The position numbers and the translations under genes are program-made. A stretch of 48,123 nt of DNA from Eubacteriales bacterium (GTDB taxonomy: Bacteria > Bacillota > Clostridia > Oscillospirales > UMGS1783): contig JAZRWQ010000133.1 of the NCBI GenBank assembly GCA_045599805.1, positions 1 to 48,123 of the forward strand. The letters are read 5' to 3'. Under the pieces are notes generated by a model. It worked only from the letters and a program-made list of their open reading frames with translations. It had not been told where the DNA came from and did no database searches. Positions 45,786 through 48,123 of this stretch are shown one piece after another (positions within the stretch are counted from its first letter, which is position 1; each line of letters begins with the position of its first letter).

Positions 45786-47270
45786 TTATTCTCCTTTTGA
45801 GATTTTTACTGTTATGTTTTTACCGAGTATAGCTGATGCCGATTGCTGAAGCTTTGAAATATTTGCCGGAGTATTCAGAAATGTATAATTGAAATTGCTT
45901 GCAATAAAAGTAAGTACATCGGATTGCAGTTTATAGTTATCCGGCAGAAATGCCGCAAGAGACATGGTTTCCGGTGTTAAATTCAGTTTATCTTTAAGCT
46001 GTTTAAATAAATCGCCGTTATTTCCGTTTTGCTTTTGCAGCTCCTTTTCCATTGGCGGTATTTCGGCGATAATCGGCTCGGGAATATCATCGGAAGGATT
46101 TGGCAACACTATTTCAGCCTTTGGAATCGGAGCGCTTATAACGCCGTTTTCAAGCATTTCAAGACGGGCATTGATCGCCGTGAAATCATTGGCAAGCGAT
46201 GGATTGCACATTTTTATAAATGCGATTTCGGCAACGGTTTTATTGCCGGTATTTTTTGTTGTTTTGCCGAGCGCATCGGATAAAACATCTATCCAATACA
46301 GCACGGTATCTTTTTTCACGCCCTTGGAAACTTCGACAAGTTTTTCTTTTTCCGCATCTGTACGTGCGACAATTTCCGGACTGCCGAGGGAAATAAGAAG
46401 TATATCACGGCAGGCCTCCATTACTTCGGTAATTAAATTTTCCATCTTTTTTGATTCAAGATAGAGTTTGTCAACCGTATTCAGTATGGAGGCATGGTCG
46501 GAACGCAATGCGGCGGAAATAATGTTGCAAATATCATCGATTCCGGCAAGTCCGACTATTTCTCTTACCGTATCCGGAGTTATATTATCATATGTCTGGC
46601 ACTGTTCAAGTAAAGACAAGCCGTCTCTGAGTGCGCCGTCGGCAAGAACGGCAAGATAATCTGCTGCCTCATCGGTGAGATTTATTGAATCCTGCTCAGA
46701 GATATACTTCAACCTGTCGGATATTGTTTTAACCGGCAATCTCTTAAAGTCAAAACGCTGACAGCGCGACATTATCGTGGCAGGTATCTTCTGCACTTCG
46801 GTTGTTGCAAGAATAAATACCGTATGCTCGGGCGGCTCTTCAAGGGTTTTTAGGAGCGCATTGAAAGCATTTCCGGTCATCATATGAACTTCGTCTATTA
46901 TATAAACCTTATATCTGCCTACCGATGGCGCAAAAACTACCTCTTCGATAAGTCTTCTTACGTCTTCGACCTTGCTTTTGCTTGCGGCGTCTATTTCAAC
47001 GATATCATATAAGGTATCACTTTGAGCCATTTTACAGTTTTCACATTCGCCGCACGGCTCGCCGTTTTTAGGATCAAGACAGTTTATTGCCTTTGCCATA
47101 ATTTTGGCACATGTAGTTTTGCCTGTACCTCTTGTACCGGTAAAAAGATAGGCATGACCTATTTTATCATTTACTATCTGCTTTTTAAGAGTTTCCGTAA
47201 TGTGTTCCTGACCGCATACATCTTCAAAGCGGGATGGACGCCATTTTCTGTATAACGCCTGGTATGACAT
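45786..47270 (-). CDS. dnaX: DNA polymerase III subunit gamma/tau
   Basis: Motifs YRKWRP, GTRGTGKTT, a zinc module (CGECENC), Walker B (IIDEVHM) and SRC. 494 aa. Confidence 0.95.
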   Translation of the reverse strand: MSYQALYRKWRPSRFEDVCGQEHITETLKKQIVNDKIGHAYLFTGTRGTGKTTCAKIMAKAINCLDPKNGEPCGECENCKMAQSDTLYDIVEIDAASKSKVEDVRRLIEEVVFAPSVGRYKVYIIDEVHMMTGNAFNALLKTLEEPPEHTVFILATTEVQKIPATIMSRCQRFDFKRLPVKTISDRLKYISEQDSINLTDEAADYLAVLADGALRDGLSLLEQCQTYDNITPDTVREIVGLAGIDDICNIISAALRSDHASILNTVDKLYLESKKMENLITEVMEACRDILLISLGSPEIVARTDAEKEKLVEVSKGVKKDTVLYWIDVLSDALGKTTKNTGNKTVAEIAFIKMCNPSLANDFTAINARLEMLENGVISAPIPKAEIVLPNPSDDIPEPIIAEIPPMEKELQKQNGNNGDLFKQLKDKLNLTPETMSLAAFLPDNYKLQSDVLTFIASNFNYTFLNTPANISKLQQSASAILGKNITVKISKGE

Positions 47271-47300
47271 ACTTTAACCTCCTGAAAAACATTATAAAGA

Positions 47301-47398
47301 GAGACAGGTTACCTACTGCGCCCGAGATGAACTGCTTAATGCTGCTCGGTTCCCCGCCTGACATGGTTCACAGCCACTCGCCGCGTAGGACCTGTCTC
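47301..47398 (-). ncRNA. ffs: Signal recognition particle RNA, small (4.5S-type)
   Basis: The minus strand forms a long hairpin closed by GAGACAGGT...ACCTGTCTC. The apical region GUCAGGCGGGGAACCGAGCAGC matches the conserved domain IV pattern (GUCAGG-stem-GGAA tetraloop-stem-AGCAGC). It lies immediately upstream of dnaX, as in other Firmicutes. Confidence 0.85.
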
Positions 47399-47404
47399 AA
47401 ATAT

Positions 47405-47433
47405 ATTATACAATATTATTGCGTAAAATTCAA
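47405..47433 (-). promoter_or_regulatory. Consensus sigma-A-type promoter for ffs(-dnaX)
   Basis: Minus strand reads TTGAAT (47433-47428), 17-nt spacer, TATAAT (47410-47405). The predicted +1, 7 nt downstream, coincides with the first G of the SRP RNA closing stem (47398). Confidence 0.65.
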
Positions 47434-48080
47434 GCCTGCTTTTTAAGAAGTTTGATTACTTCTTCCTTGTTTTCGGCATTGAATACGGCACTTCCCGCCA
47501 CAAGTACATCCGTCCCGGCTTTTTTTAATGCTGCGGAATTTTCAACGTTAACTCCGCCGTCAACCTCTATAAGATACTTGTAATTATTATCACGGCGAAG
47601 CTTATCAAGATATTCGATTTTCGGAATCATATCCGCCATGAATTTCTGACCGCCGAATCCCGGCTCGACCGTCATTATAAGCACCATATCTATTTTGCTG
47701 AGATACGGTAAAAGCGCCTCCGGCGATGTCTTTGGTTTAATGGTAAGCGCCGCCTTTACTCCGGCGGATTTTATCATATCGATACATTCGTCTGTTTTAT
47801 CGGTGCTTTCGGTATGAACGGTTATTATATCCGCGCCTGCATCAATAAAATTCTTAATATATCTTTCGGGGCGGTCTATCATAAGATGAACGTCGAAAAC
47901 GGCGTCAGATGTTTTTCTTAATGACTTTATAACACATGGGCCTATTGTGATATTCGGCACAAAAATTCCGTCCATTACGTCGATATGCAGGTATTCTGCT
48001 CCGGCATCAACAACCATTTGCGCATCCCTTGCAAGGTTTGCAAAATCAGCCGACAAAAGCGACGGTGCTACTATTGCCAT
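47430..48080 (-). CDS. rpe: Ribulose-phosphate 3-epimerase
   Basis: Motifs APSLLSADF, HIDVMDG, HLM and VEPGFGGQKF, and the C-terminal VDGG. GGAGGA SD. Confidence 0.95.
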   Translation of the reverse strand: MAIVAPSLLSADFANLARDAQMVVDAGAEYLHIDVMDGIFVPNITIGPCVIKSLRKTSDAVFDVHLMIDRPERYIKNFIDAGADIITVHTESTDKTDECIDMIKSAGVKAALTIKPKTSPEALLPYLSKIDMVLIMTVEPGFGGQKFMADMIPKIEYLDKLRRDNNYKYLIEVDGGVNVENSAALKKAGTDVLVAGSAVFNAENKEEVIKLLKKQA

Positions 48081-48123
48081 ATATTTATTCCTCCGTTTCA
48101 GAGAGACAATAATCTCTTTTTTG

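Noticed and set aside
46310-46317. A GAAAAAAG tract in dnaX, considered as a possible programmed -1 frameshift site as in E. coli dnaX.
   Set aside because: In the zero frame it reads GTG AAA AAA GAT, so it is not the A-AAA-AAG phasing. No downstream stem-loop or upstream SD-like stimulator is evident, and the gene is already short (494 aa).

Overview
This is a chromosomal segment from a moderately AT-rich, endospore-forming member of the Clostridia (Bacillota). That placement is inferred from spoIIM, ytvI and dpaA/dpaB, and from Firmicute-type synteny (queA-tgt-yajC-yrzE and ffs-dnaX-ybaB-recR). I call 43 CDS and one small SRP RNA. Almost all are core housekeeping genes: cell wall and lysine/DPA (murE, dapA, asd, dpaAB), tRNA modification (queA, tgt, tsaC, tsaD), translation (prfA, lepA, prmA, rlmB, rimI), replication and repair (polA, dnaX, recR, ybaB, ruvX, mrnC), plus folD, lgt, rpe, aroK and proC. 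I see no rRNA or tRNA genes, CRISPR arrays, transposases, prophage genes or recognisable defence genes. The non-routine content is as follows. (1) At 9-12 kb, a XerD-like gene has lost two catalytic residues. It is followed by an alpha/beta-hydrolase gene bracketed by perfect 16-bp inverted repeats, then by a fully canonical tyrosine recombinase whose promoter is overlapped by a perfect 13-6-13 palindrome with a dif-like 11-6-11 core. Gene orientation also flips here. (2) Dephospho-CoA kinase is fused in frame to an M18 aminopeptidase, and the fusion hinges on an A6 homopolymer. (3) An 876-aa membrane protein looks like a catalytically gutted P1B-type ATPase with a long repeat-containing N-terminal extension. 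(4) A gene of about 2340 codons resembles cyclic beta-1,2-glucan synthase (GT84-like plus GH94-like). (5) A pair of translationally coupled half-size TSUP/TauE genes. (6) A 315-bp non-coding gap contains phased direct repeats. All homology statements come from reading the translated ORFs by eye. No searches were run.
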